64,000 nt of DNA from Vermamoeba vermiformis. Lineage: Eukaryota. A program made the translations under genes and the position numbers. Of this stretch, positions 26,801-40,200 are shown piece by piece; position 1 is the first letter of the stretch; every line of letters begins with the position of its first letter. The notes below the pieces were generated by a model. The model had not been told where the DNA came from and did not search any database. It saw only the letters and a list, made by a program, of their open reading frames with translations. Location of the stretch: the NCBI GenBank assembly GCA_045837725.1, contig JBEWZL010000179.1, forward strand, positions 186,001 through 250,000, given 5' to 3'.

Positions 26801-27615
26801 TCAGGGCACCAGATGACACCGAGGCTGTGATCAGATGGTACACCCCGAGTTTGGCTGTTCCTAAAAAGTCCAAGAAAGTGTGGAAGGGCACACCGATCAA
26901 GCTATCGCTAAGCGTAAGTGGCACTGATTCACGACGTCAATACTTACCTTCCATACAGCAATGTGCTCACGTCAACATGATAAAAGAGCTGCAGCGACAA
27001 GTAGTGGAGTTCAACAAGGTCTATTCACTCGTGAGCAATTTGTTGCCCGTTTACAACATGCTCAAAGACCTCGAGGTGTCAATGCTCAAGATTCTCGCTC
27101 ACACTGTATGCAACACGACTATATGTTCAGTCAATACTAACCAGTGCCTGCTAGGTGATTGTGTGCATTCGTGAACAGCTGGCACAAAAGACCAAAGAGC
27201 ATGAAGTGAGGTTGTACTCGCAGCAACAGATCAGTACTGTGGTGTTGGTCGATCCAGCCTCGCTGCCCACGTTCAAAGAGATTTCGCTGTCACTGCTGCA
27301 GTCATACGTATGTTGCACTATTGCTCGTTACTTAGTTACTGATTGGTGATGCAGTGCAAGGACAATGATGTCAGCACATTGCGAGAGGACTACGAGAAGA
27401 TTGTCACCTCCGCCGATGCAACAGACAAAGACCTTATTGGCCGCGTCACGCAGCAAGAGGAGTCCAAGCCAGCTCCAATCTCGCTGTTAGCTCTCAGCGC
27501 GCCGAACAACAAATTGAGCAAAGAAGAACGAGCGTTGAAGACACAGCCCGTCAGTCGAGCGACCTCGCTGTTTAGCTTCAAAGAGGACAAGAAGAAGAAA
27601 TCGTTCTGGAAGTAG
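23845..27615 (+). CDS. Large uncharacterised helical protein, possibly MUN/Munc13-related; multi-exon
   Basis: Chain of + strand exons with GT-AG introns from MASKAKSK to KKKKSFWK*. Segments such as WLLQEFESAYGIGRLTRY are only weakly reminiscent of MUN-domain proteins. Confidence 0.5.
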
Positions 27616-27707
27616 AGGACCGTGTTGGGAAATTTCCAGCAAAGCACGTGATACAAATATTTTTATATTTAAAAAATTTTAATGTACTGAACACTGTATT
27701 GTGCAAC

Positions 27708-29266
27708 ATGCAAGCAACTAAGTTGATACAACGAGTTTATTCAACCGCTGCTAGCTCGATTCGAGATGCAATCAAAGCGTCTAATAACGCAGTCATCGAG
27801 AAGTTGCAATCTCCTGAGCTCTACCTGACAGACGTAGCGCCAGCCAAAGATTATATACCGGCCATTGCGAATAAAAAAGTTATATTGGCCTCTGGACCAC
27901 CAGTGGAGTGGCAGAAAAGACACGAAATCCAAAAGGGCGCCATAATTGGTCAAGTACTCTTTGAGAAGTGGGCAGACAATTCCCAAACAGCTCGCAAGTT
28001 ACTAGATGAAGGCACAATCGTGGTAGAAAGTTGTAACGAACACAACGCGGTTGGTCCACTCACCGGTACAATTAAATAATAAATTGATTTTAAATTTAAA
28101 ATTATCTCCGCTAACAGATTACTTAGGAACGATATCCCCCAACTTTCCAGTATTTGTAGTCGAGAATAAAAAGCACGGTACTCGTTCTTTCAGCAGAATC
28201 GCCGAAATGTGGGAGATGTGGGGAAACCACGATAAACTTCCGAATCTACTATCTTGGAATGAAAGATATGCGCCTGCATTGCAAAGAGCACTTCGAAGCA
28301 TGAAAGGAGGCCTCTATTTGAACCCTTTATTAGCCCAAGCTCTGGAAATGGGCGATGACAACGGCAACAGACAGATCGCACTCACGCTGCTGCTGAACAA
28401 CAGTTTGGCCTTGCATATGCTCAACAACGGCTTTACTTCAGGTACGTAGTGTGCTGACTACACTCCTCGCTCACTGGCCTGGCAGATGACATTCGCACAG
28501 CCCTCGAAGTGCTGAACATTCCCAGTGGGGGCGGCGGAGGTCCCCGCGCTGTGATAGGCATATCAATGGCTGCAGCCAAAGCAGCGATCATACCCGCTGA
28601 GAACACACCCTACTCGACCATTGTCACGAACATGGCGCGCAATGGTGCACTGTGGGGCATTCAAGTCGCAGGTCTGGGCCAGCAGTGGTTCACAGTGCCA
28701 GCACCCCTGCCCAACGTCGTCAACTTCCACGACAATCCCAACACGAGTAAGTGCGACTAGTGCGTGAGTGCGCGACTAACCAGTGCTGCAGAGGTGCCCT
28801 ATCAGCAGTCAGATCGTTGTCCAGACATCGGTGGCGATGCGTCCATTCACGAGACCTTTGGATGGAGTGGCATGGCACTCTCAGCGGCCTCACAGCGCTT
28901 CTTGACCATGCTCGGAGACTTGACTGTCGAACAGGCATTTGCGTACAACAAAGAGGTATGTGAAGTGACAGGCTGCAATGTACTGACACGCGACAGATGC
29001 AACACATCAGCACTGGTCTCTCCAGCAAGTTCTTCGTGCCAGCACTCGGCAGCAAGACCATGATTGGCTGTGCACTGGGCATTGATGCTGCCAAAGTGCT
29101 CAAGTCAGGCATTGCACCGCTGATTGACACTGGTGTGGCCAACAAACAGCTCGGCCACAGCGTCATTGCGCGAGGTCTCATTCGTGCACCCATTGCGTGC
29201 TTCGAACAGGCACTCACCGCCTATTGTGAGCGGTACAAGACTAGCCTCGACTCGTTGCTCAATTAG
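27708..29266 (+). CDS. DUF1116 (YlbE/AllG/YahG-like) family protein, divergent copy; multi-exon
   Basis: ILASGPPVEW, GAIIGQVLFEKWA, CNEHNAVGPLTG, ALEMGDD-GNR, VTNMARNG, DIGGDASIHETFG and GIDAAKVLKSGIAPLIDTG are colinear with the DUF1116 half of the 44985-48212 gene. Confidence 0.85.
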
Positions 29267-29290
29267 CGAAAATAAATTTGTGAAATTTCA

Positions 29291-31800
29291 CTACTGCGTG
29301 CTGATCTGCCAGAACTGCAACTTCTCCAAGAAGGACATCTTGCTCATGTCCAAGGTCTTGCGGCGGTGCAGTGATTCAGGTGCGCGTGTGGTAGTGCGAC
29401 GCAGGGCAGGCTTGTCGTTGACTTCCAACACTGGGGCTGCAGGACTCTTCGGTGCAGCGGCACTGTACTTGTCGCGCAGTGCTGTCAATTTGTGCTGCAG
29501 TTGAGTGCGCTCTGCTTCGAGGGACTGCAGCTGTGTCGCGCTGTGGGCAGTGTCACGTGCCAGCATGTCAATCTCGCGCGTGAGAGATTCAACGAGATTG
29601 GCGAGTCTGACTTGTTCAATAATGTCCTGTTCAATCGAGCTCTGCCACGTGTCAAAGTCCTGGGCCATGTTCACTTCGAGCTCGAGCATGCCCTGCGAGT
29701 CTTCAACTTCGTGCAGCAATTCTTGCAAGTTTGACAGCTCGTGTGACACTTGATCACGTGATTCAGCGGTCTCATCGCGATTCTTTTTCTCTTCTTCAAT
29801 CTCCCGCGCAATCTCCTCGAGTGCCAAGTCCACCTCAGCCTTGTCTTTGTTGTCAATGTTCATGCGCAGCTGATGCTGTTCGAACTCCAGGCCCTAGTCA
29901 TCGGTCAATACACGTCTTTACAACAGCTGTGCGGTACACACCTTGATGATCTCCGAGCCCATGAGCGCGTCATTCTCGAGCTTGTGCAACATTTCCTGCA
30001 GCTCTTGAATGTTCTCCTTCAAGTCCTCGCACTGCGCACTCAGTTCGCGCTTCAACAGCTCCAGTCGTGTGCGCGCCTTCACCTCCTCTTCAAAGGCCAC
30101 GCGCATCTGTGCCATCACCTTCTCCAAGTTGTCACGTGCTTTCACTTCGCGGGCCAGTCGCGCGTGTGTCTCTTCGAACTTCTTTTCAGCCTCTTTGCGC
30201 CACGCTGTCACTTCCACACTCACAGCTGCGGCCTCTTCTTCGAGCGTGCGATTGACACGTGTCAACTCGTGAAATTCCTGTTCGAGCCGTGCTGACTCGC
30301 GACTCAAATCGTGGTGCTGTTGCTGGGTGAGATCTACGCCACGTGTCACTTCATCAATGCGCGTCTGTACAGCTGTCACGCTGCGCTCTATTTTTAGATT
30401 GGTGCGAATGAGTTTCTGACGGTGACTGCCAGCCTCTTGAATCTGCTTTTGGAGATCGAGCACTTCGGGCTGAACTTCGTGGGACCCGCCCTGAACATTC
30501 ACTGAAAATGGACTGTGCTGAATGTGCTGACCGCGCCACGTGACGGTGATCACGTGCTGACCGTGCTGCGTGGGTGTGAATCTGACCGCGTACAGCCCTG
30601 GTGCGTGCACGTGAATGAGACCTCTGTAGCGCACGGAGGGACCTTGAATGGACACTGAGAACCCCTCGCTGTCACGTGTGCTGGGGACTGGCTGACTAGT
30701 AACAGCATTGCCATATTTGTCCAATGCCTTAATTAGGAAAGTCGATGGTGCCCCGACAAATCCACCCTCCAGACCAGGACCACGTGCCACACAGTGTGGT
30801 GCGGAGATGAGTGCGGCGTGCACGAGAATGTCAACACTCGTTTGACACGTGTCACTTGCAGATACGTGCAACTTCCACGTGCCAGCGCGAGTGGGTGCCA
30901 CACGAAGTTCTGCGCGTCCAGGTCTCACCCAGCGCGAAGTGACCACGTGCCGCTCATTGTGCGGTCCTTGCAGCCACGTGGTCAACTGCGTGATCTCCGG
31001 CGACATCTCCGCTGTCAAAGACATGTCACGCCCTGCTTCGAGTTCTAGCGCTGTGTCACGTGCTGTGGCCTGTGCGTGCACGTGACTGCGTGAAATGTGA
31101 ATGGCGTGCGTGACAGGTGTCAATTCGCTGCTCAACAGTGCGCGCAAGTGACTTAAAATAGCCACAGAACCACGTGCCGTGAGACTGAGGGGCGGAGATT
31201 TGAGCGGATTTTCATCGACGAGCAGCTCTTGCAAGTGCAGCTGTGCCAGTGTGGGTGGCAGTGTCGCGAGCACATTGGAGCGCAGATCGAGCTTGACCAG
31301 CGAGTGGCACTGTGCCAGCTGTGCGGGCAGTTGCGCGAGTTTGTTGCGATGCAATTTGAGTTCCGAGAGCAGTGTGAGGCGTTGCACAGCAGGTGGCAGG
31401 TCTTTGAGCGCGTTGTTGCTCAGATCCAGCTCTTGCAGCGACACGAGGTCAAACAGCTGCGCGGGCACTTCTTTGAGCCGATTGGAACTCAAATTGAGCA
31501 CGCGCAGCAGTGTGAGGGCACCAATGTCACTGGGCACCTCGACTAGACCACTGCGTACCAGCAACAACTCGCGCAGATTGGTCAGCTGCGTGATTTTGAC
31601 TGGAAAGGCCTGGATGTGGTGTTAGCAGCGATTGGCGCGTCGATCATACGTACTTTGAGGGGATTTCGATTTAAATTGAGTGATCGGAGGTTAGTAATAG
31701 TCAACACCTCATTAGGCACATCACTTAAGAACGCATTGCTCAGATCTAGCTTGCCTGTTTTTTCTGCTTGTTTTATTCGCTCTGATAATTTTTCCGTCAT
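29291..31800 (-). CDS. LRR, filamin-type Ig repeat(s) and coiled-coil protein; multi-exon
   Basis: LxxLxLxxNxL repeats and a NPLKSPP cap. Filamin motifs GPGLEGG, FLIKALDKYGN and QHIQHSPFSV. Long Glu/Gln-rich coiled coil. Confidence 0.8.
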
Positions 31801-32237
31801 TCTAATAATATAAGAATAATTAGAGAGGAGCTTTTTTAGTAATATGCCGAATTGTAAATATTATTGGCGCTTTTCGCCGTAATACTTACCAGATCTGTTG
31901 GCAAACAAATTATAGAAGCGATGAACAGGTCGCACGATACCAATAATCACAGCACACTCAATAATGCCGTGTGGTTGTTGTGACCGATCAAATAATAATA
32001 GCAAAGATACGCACTTGACCGGTTATCCACCTAATCTAATTTTAGCGCCGTTCAGTGAACGACACATTTCGCGCCAAGAATTTTGAGTCTGACATGAAGT
32101 TCATTTTCATTCTTTTGTACCGACTGAGTACAACACCGCTCATTCCTCGTACTGGTGTTCATTCATCTACGTACTACTCACTCCGCTCAAACACCGCCCA
32201 GTCCTCAACCACCGCCGCTACATTGACCAGCATCGCT

Positions 32238-32678
32238 ATGGGCACGCATTGCTACATCAAAGTCGTTCAGCTCCGACAGAGCGGCGCCAAGCTCAAAAAG
32301 TATCTCTACGTCTTCATGTACATTCACTACGACGGCTACCTCTCCGGTGTGGGCAAGCAGCTCGCTAATTTCTTGCGCGGCATCACTTGTCGCGACGACG
32401 ACGCGGATCAGACTGCATTCCGCTACGTCAACGAGGCAAGAGAGCTCGCTGCGCTGATTGTGCACCACTTCAAGAACTTGCATCCGAGCGGCAACGTATC
32501 TCTCGAGCCTCTAGCTACGGGTTGGGAGGAGGCACAAGAAGAGTACACGTACGAAGTCATGGTGGACTGCGGTGACATCCGCGTCAGAGTGTGCAAGTAC
32601 GACGAAGTATTGCTCGACAGTGGCACTGTGAAGCAGTTCTTAGAGCTCTGTAGCAAGGAGGAGGAGGACGACGACTAG
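32238..32678 (+). CDS. Intronless hypothetical protein resembling phage/virus-type MGT..HYDGY..G.G..L proteins
   Basis: 146-aa ORF with MGTHCYI, YIHYDGYLSGVGKQLANFL, LAALIVHHFK and EEYTYEV. Family resemblance is from recall only. Confidence 0.6.
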   Translation: MGTHCYIKVVQLRQSGAKLKKYLYVFMYIHYDGYLSGVGKQLANFLRGITCRDDDADQTAFRYVNEARELAALIVHHFKNLHPSGNVSLEPLATGWEEAQEEYTYEVMVDCGDIRVRVCKYDEVLLDSGTVKQFLELCSKEEEDDD

Positions 32679-32891
32679 TTGGCGCCAGGCTCGCGTGCTT
32701 GGCTTGTCGGTTGAAAGACATCTGCTTTAAGACAGCTCGTGTCTTTAAACGTTGTATAATGTCATATAAACATTATATTTATTACAAATATACAGACCCC
32801 AAGTAATGAACACAAAGTCTTGTTGCAGTAAGGAAAGATAAGCGAGGGGAATCTAATCTTCTTTCAAAGCAAGAAGCAGGCACAAATCACC

Positions 32892-33211
32892 TCATTTTTT
32901 CGCTACTGGTTTTTCCTGAGCTAGCTTTTGTTTCTCGCGCATAATGTCTGCGTCTCTGTTATCCACAAATAAATTAGATTTCGCTCGGAAAATAAAATTG
33001 ATCAATTCGAATTAACGCACCTCTGTTGACGCTTGGCTGCGTCGCCTAATTTGCCCTTAGGAGCATTTTCTTCTTTTCTTTTCTTGGCGCGCTCGCGGTT
33101 AACTAAATTAATTTGAGAATGGAAGTGAGAAAAGCTCCGAAATGGATTGAACCGACAACAGATCAGCTGTCAGTGAAGCTACGTACTCTCACGTTGGTTT
33201 CCTCGAGTCAT
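32892..33211 (-). CDS. SERF: Small EDRK-rich factor (SERF/4F5 family), 3 exons
   Basis: Spliced MTRGNQREINRERAKKRKEE...RQQRDADIMREKQK*, with the MTRGNQRE and RDAxIMREKQ signatures. Confidence 0.9.
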
Positions 33212-33355
33212 GGTACTCAATGAAGTGCGGACGGTTGTGTGGGAGTCGAGTGGGTGTAGTAGTGATAAATACCACCAGCCAAAATTTCTGCTCCACGTCA
33301 CTGACCACGTGCTTAAAGTTCATTCGCACTAGCGCATGTCAATAGAGCACTGCAC

Positions 33356-33919
33356 ATGGGCAATAAATTACGACAATTAGCACGTGTTGGTCAAGAAGCT
33401 AAAGCACACCGGGAATGGGCTACATCCGATATTAAAAAGGAATACAAATTTGACGACAATCGCAGGGCTCTTAGTCAAGAACAAATGCTCGATGAATTAA
33501 ATAAGCAGACTTCACCTGATGAGAGTTATTTAGAGAATTTAAACAAGTTGATGAAGAGCTCATCTATTGAAGCCCGTCCCGCTCCAGGAGCACTGCCTAA
33601 AGGAGTCTCATTCATTCAAAATAATGACAGCAATAATAAGGGCCTAGAGTCATTGCCAGGACTGAGTGCAGAGCTAGCAGATCAGATGGAACACGTTAAC
33701 AAAGCTAAAATGCCATTAAATCGATTCAAAGTAGCACGTAATGATAAGAGCAACGATAATATGCAAGGCAAGCTGACAGGCGATCAAATGAATGCCATAT
33801 TAGTCATGCACACACGAGATCCAGCGACAAACACTGCAGAAAAACTTGCCTCGCAATTCGGTGTGAACATAGATCAAGTACAAATATTGTTGTCTTCTAT
33901 TACTATCCCACGGAAGTAA
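33356..33919 (+). CDS. NDUFAF4-like complex I assembly factor (putative)
   Basis: MG start. The C-terminal GKLT...ILVMHTRDPATNTAEKLASQFGV resembles the NDUFAF4/UPF0240 C-terminal motif. Confidence 0.55.
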   Translation: MGNKLRQLARVGQEAKAHREWATSDIKKEYKFDDNRRALSQEQMLDELNKQTSPDESYLENLNKLMKSSSIEARPAPGALPKGVSFIQNNDSNNKGLESLPGLSAELADQMEHVNKAKMPLNRFKVARNDKSNDNMQGKLTGDQMNAILVMHTRDPATNTAEKLASQFGVNIDQVQILLSSITIPRK

Positions 33920-34232
33920 TAGCAGCCGTTAAATAAGTTAAATATGCATTAGTCACTGTACATTTGTAAATAAAGCTGTATCAACCTTGTGCGCTGTGTG
34001 TCAGTTCACCGAGACTCAACTTATTACTCAGTCCACGTTCTATGATACAAAATATGTATAAATCGCCTTAATGATGCATGTAGGTATTCTTAAACGCTGT
34101 GAAAGATCATTTGAAATTGATTTTGACAACCGACAGTTGGATATCTGATTTATTTATTGTATATACACACCACAGTGCTCGATATTTCCATGGCACTATA
34201 GACATCATTCATAGCAGAGTTATTGAGTCATA

Positions 34233-37200
34233 ATGAGCACTTCAACCTCACCTGGATCTGTTGCCGATCCAAAGAGTGCCGAACACGCAGGAGTGATATT
34301 GAACTCAATATTTAAAGTATTTCAGAACGAAATAACGGCTGCTATTAACGCGAACCTCCAATCTTATCCACTAAACGATGAATCCAAAAGAAATAAGGTA
34401 AATTAAATTTGAAAATATCAAAAATATTTAGATACCAGCACGGTGTATTATTCATCCATTGTTATTAATGTGTATGCATAAATATTACCGCAATCATCAA
34501 AAAATCATGTATCGCCACAATTCCTGATCCGTTGTAATCTCTGCAGGACACTATTCGAGCGAGTCGTGAGCCCAGCAAAGACAAATCAAGGCAGCAGTTG
34601 ACTGAAGTGCACGAACACCCACATCTCAAGCACTGGCTGCACTTCCCCAAAGACATTTCCTTTTTTGGTGAAATGATCCAGTCCATCAGTCAAGTCGCGC
34701 AGTACAACTTTGAAGTGTTGTTCTCACTGCTGCTCGCCTGGCTGCCACAACGCGCCATCAAAGACAGCGAAGAGTTGCTGAGTGCGCTGGACACGGAGAG
34801 CTGGTGCTCATTCACGACCTTTGTGCACGGCATCAAGGGCTTCAAACTGAGTGATCAGCGCACCCTCGATCTGTTGGAGATCGTCGTCGTGTACATCATC
34901 AGCGAGCTCTTGCGCCGTGTGCTCTGTGCGCGCGCGGTCACGCAACAACTGACGGGCCCAGCACTCAACAAGCTGTTTCAGATGGCTGTCAACTTCTTCA
35001 AGCCCATGACTCCCAGGTAGGCGTGTGACACGTGTCATTGCAGTGTTTGTGTTGTTGACACGTGCTGGCAGGGCGATGGAGAGCAGTGCGTGGAGTGCGT
35101 TGAATCAGACCGTGTTGGAGAATTGGATCAATATCTGCGGCTACATCTCGCCATTCGTGTATGTATCGCTATATTTGGTAACATGTCTGCACACGAGTTG
35201 ACAGGTTGTTGTGACAGCTTGCCCCAAATCTCGGAATATCTCGCGAAGACAGTGACGAAGCTGAGCGCGGAACAACAGAACAGCGTGCTGCACGGTCTGT
35301 CAGCAATCAAGCTGAATGTGACGAGCAGCGAGCTGAGCGAGGAGTCCAAGAACATTGTCAGTCGCGTGCTGCCCTTCATCATCTTGAAGGACAAGAACAC
35401 GCTGCGTGCCGGGCCCTTGGAGGTGTTGGACAGCGCACTCATGTCGATTGACTTCAGCAACAACCCCGTCATCGATGAGAAGGCACGTGCTGCGTACAAA
35501 TTCTTGCAAAAGCTGAACGAGAAGGGCGATGACAGTGCCGTGGAGGGGCCAGCACTGCGACTGATGGCCACCATTCTGGCGCACGGACCGCGCGAGTACT
35601 ACTTCAAGCACGCGTACTCGTACGTCAGCAAGACACTGCTCAAGGGCGCATTCAATCCCAAGAAGAAGGACGCCTGTCTCGCGGCCATCCTCACGCTGCT
35701 GCAGGGACGACACGTGCCGGGTGCTGATTCGCCGTACACCTACTTGCCTTTTATGGAAATGGACAAGTGCAAGGACAAGTTGTTGAGCATCAGCGAAGGG
35801 CTCTTCGGTCAAAAAACTCCGCTGCCACGTGTCAACGAGTCACTCGATCTCTGCGCGGAGATATTGCTGCAGATCGGTGCGCACGTGGGTGTCAAGGCCC
35901 TGCACGAGGGACCACTCACTGATCTGCTCAATTCGCCGCACCACGCACACGTCTTGCTGGCACTGCGCGTCACTCGCCGTTTGACACTGCCCGACCTGCC
36001 ACTCAAAGCACCACGTGACACTTTGGAGGCCCTGGCACGTGTTCTCAGCAAACTGTCACGTGCGCTGAGTGAATTGAATGCCGACTGCCCTGGCCGCGTA
36101 GATCTCGCACCTGTGACACTCGTTGACAGCGAGCTGTTGACACGTGTCATTGACGAGACCGTAGATCAAAATATTCCGCTGGACGCTACCATCAATGCGC
36201 AGGAAGAGCGAGCCCTGGTGAGTATATGTGCAGCCATGGACTCGAGCACGTGACTGAAGTCTATATGTAGCGCGACAAATTCAAAGCCATGCAAAGTCGA
36301 TTGAAACGCTTTGCCACCACCACGAGCGAAGACCTCGAGTCTGAAGAGGAGAAGTCGCTGTACAAGATTGTAAGTGCTATTTATAGCCCCATGCCCTGTT
36401 TGACCATATTAGGACCACTTCGTGCAAGATCGCATCAAGATCTGGTCGAGTGTGGTGAATGAACTCACTGCCAACAACTACGCGCAGCCGATATTCGAGG
36501 AATTCGATCAGAGCGACGAGACCAAAGCCGTGGTACGTGCCGCATTGTGTTTGACACCTGTCACACCTGTCAGTTAACGTTGTTGCACAGAATAAGCGCA
36601 CCATTTTCAACAAGCCAGCGACCAAGAGACGCGTGACCAGTCCCGAGCGGAGTGTGCAGCACGAGCTATTTAAGGAAATGATCACGTGCCTCGAGTCACT
36701 GTTGCCCGACGAACAAACGCTGCAACTGGCCCTGCTGCCCGACGAGAAGTTGATGCTGCAAGTGCCCGGCGAAGAGGGCGCGTTCATTGGCCGCTACGTG
36801 CTGCACAGCGACGACGAGGTGAGCAGTGTCTGCGCGCACTTCTTGCAGCGCGTGATGCTCACCCAGCCCAGTCTGCGCGTCAGTGTCGTCAAGGCCATGT
36901 GTGCCCTGGTGCTGCAGCTCAGCGAGAGTGCGGAACAACAGCAGCACAACATCCGCTCCGCACTGCAACACCTCTTGCTGCTCGTCGATCTCTGGGTGTT
37001 TGCACTCATGCGCACCACTGCCCGTGAAGGCGTGCCACCAGTGCCACTCTCGCTGATTCTAAAATTAGAGCGCGTGGCACTGATCATGATGTCGCACTGG
37101 AGTGCTTCAGTGCGCGGTGTGGCGATCGATCTGGTGCACAGTGCGCAGTGTCTGGCCACACTCGCCGTGCACGCGACACACGACCGCGCCCACATTGTCA

Positions 37201-40200
37201 CGCGCAGACTGGCCTATGTGCTCGACAAGCACAGCGCGCAGATCATTCAGAACGCACGCTGGCACTTCTTCATGTACCTCACCAATGGCATTGACAAGGA
37301 CGTTAAAATGGCAAGTGACTGAGCACGCGAGGTGTGTTGTACTCATCAGTCTATTTTTAGAACCACACGGCAGCGATACAACTCACGCTGGCACACATCG
37401 CCAAGAGCACGCAAGATGTGCTGTGGAGTCACGTGCTCAGCGAAGTGGGTCGATTGTGCGTGCAGTACGAGTTCAATCAGCTGCTCACCAAGCTGCGACA
37501 CGTGCTGCTGACACGTCTCAAGGCCCTGAGTGGCGTGCTGAATGACAGCGCGGACTCGGTGCTGTTGCCCGTGATCATTGCGCGCAATTACAGAACGCTG
37601 TTCATGGCCACCAGCACACCTGACCTCGATGTCGTGCGACGTGCGGACAAACCAGCGACACCTCGCGGGGTAAGTGTGACATGCGATGACACGTGTCAAA
37701 CAGTGACTGACATGCGTGACAGGAGGAGAGTGCGCGCAGTGAACTCGGTGCCTATTTAGAGGAGTGTTGGAAGGTGCGTAACAGAATTGGTTCACTGAAT
37801 TGAGCCACGTGACTGACACGATCTAAAAATAGCTATTGCTGAAAGACAATGCCCTGGTAAGTCACACAGTGCAGTACTCGCTGGGCTGTGTGCATCCCCT
37901 CGCATGGGGCACTGTGCTCGATTCGATGTGGCGCTGGTACGCGTCCATCAAGCGCGGCGACAGCAAGAAACGCAGCAAGGCACGTGGCAGCGTGGTGTAC
38001 ATCCTGCGGTAAGTGTTCGTGAATGCTGTTCAGTGAACCACTGACACATGTGACAGCACACTGGCCACGTATCGTCAGTTCAGACAGTTCGTAACCGACA
38101 ACGACAAGGCGGTGGCAGTGTGTGCGGAATTACTCAAAGACCTGGCAGCCCTGCTCGACGAGTGCAGCAAGACCTCGTCACTGCTCGCGGGGCCTGTCGT
38201 GCTCGATCACCTCCTGCTGCTCATTCACTTTGCACGTGCTGTCGCTGTGGACTCGCAGTGCTGCAAACGCGGTCCTCTGCGGTGGTATTTGCAGACAGGT
38301 GTCACCAAGCCAGCAGTGCTGCAAATATTGACTGGCCCTGATCGCTATCAGCTCTATCAACAGCTGATTCGCTGGTGCGGCACTGGCAAGACTGCACAGC
38401 CCCGTGTGGTACGTACTGTCGCGCTATTTTTAGCCACCGTGCACTGAACGTCACCTTGCCCAGGCCCTGGACCAAGCAGAGGCCACGCGACTGTTGAACA
38501 AGATCAAAGACAATGCGCGGCGTGACAGCAAGAAGATCAAGTACGAGCGCGTGGTGCGTGCCGTGCAGTGCAGTGCAGCCCAGGCCATTGAACAGTTGTT
38601 CCGCTTGGAGTCGCTGCTGCCACCCACGGACCTCAAGACCGTGCGCAAGCTCATTCTCGATTGGATGTTGCCCGCGGTACGTGCTGGTGGCACTCTGACA
38701 CGTGCTCTGACATGTCTAAATTAGGAAATTGTGCACGGCACGCGCATACTGCGGTGGATGATGTCCATATACTTCGAGGAGACCTTCCCGCTGTTCATCG
38801 ACAAGTGCTACAGCGAGTCCGTGAAAGAATCGATCTACTTCATCAATGCCGTGTACGATCAGTTCCTGCCCGTCAAAGTCAATCCGCCACACAACGGCAT
38901 TGCAGACGACGTGCGCATCTACTTCAACGACTACCTCGTGCACAAGCAGCACCGCGTGGCCCTGGAGACACAGAGCGCGAGTGCCTTCGACAAGACCTTC
39001 ACCGCACAGATCTCCGCGCACGCAGGGGCACTGCTCTACCTCGCACTCTACAACCTCGTGCACCAGTCCTCGGTGCTGCGGGCGCGCTCCTTCAAGCTGC
39101 TCGTCAGACTCGTGCCCGTGGCGTTTGGACTGTTGAATCCGCACAGCGAACTCGAGGCCAGCTACACGCGCGACAAGTTGTTGCAGCACAAGAGCACCTT
39201 CAGCTCCAAAGTCGACGACACCTCCAAGAAGAGTGCGCTCGATGTCGTGGCGGTGGCCAGCAAGCAGTGTCAGCTGTTCACTGAAGATCTCTTCGCGGAG
39301 ATATTCACCAGATTCAAGTAAGTCGTTGCAGTTAATCGCGTGTCAGTTGACGGCACTCACCCCCGATCAGATCGGTGTCCATAGAAGGCAAGTGCTGGAC
39401 CTTGCACTGCATGCTGCCCTGGCTTGACAACGTTGTGCTGCAAGATGATGTCGCAGTAAGTCACGTGCCACTCTGTTGCTAAATATAGCTCACTCCCTCC
39501 GTGCACAGAAGAAGCCCAGTTCACTGAAGCGCTACAGCACGAGCGAGTTCCTCGAACAGCTGTTCACGTACATGACCGTGCTGCTGGCACTCAGACCGGA
39601 CACCTCCGAGCTCTTCGTGCAGCTCTGGCACCGACTCGCGAAGACGTAAGTGACTATATTTAGCTGCAGCTATAATTAGACTCACCTTTCTCACCAGTGC
39701 CACCAACATTGGCCCCGTGGTGAGTTTCTTGTTGAAGCGTGGTCTGGGCAACAAAAATCACTTGGAGATCTGCAAATCTGTACGTACCTCACTTTGACAC
39801 CTGTCAATGCGTGTCACTGACACTGCTGCACAGATCATTCTCAGCCTCTACAAGGTGAACGCGCCTGCCACCTTGAAACAAATTATTCCGCACCTTTCAG
39901 TGAAAGGAATCATCGACTTCATTCTCACCAGCAACACTCCGCCCATGTTATGTAAGTGCAGTGCTAAATATAGGCACAAGTATACTGACCACGTGCCACC
40001 AGCTACCACGGATGAAGTGCCAGCGGTGCGCAATTCACCAGGGCCCTCGCGGCAGAGTCCGGTCAAGCCGATTTTGGGCCTGGCACGCCAGCTGTCACTG
40101 CTGTGGCCACAACGCGCCACCAGTCCGAGCAAGTACGACAAATTTAGCAAGGTGCCACCAATCAATGTCAATGTGGCACCTGGCAGTCCTAGTCGCAACA

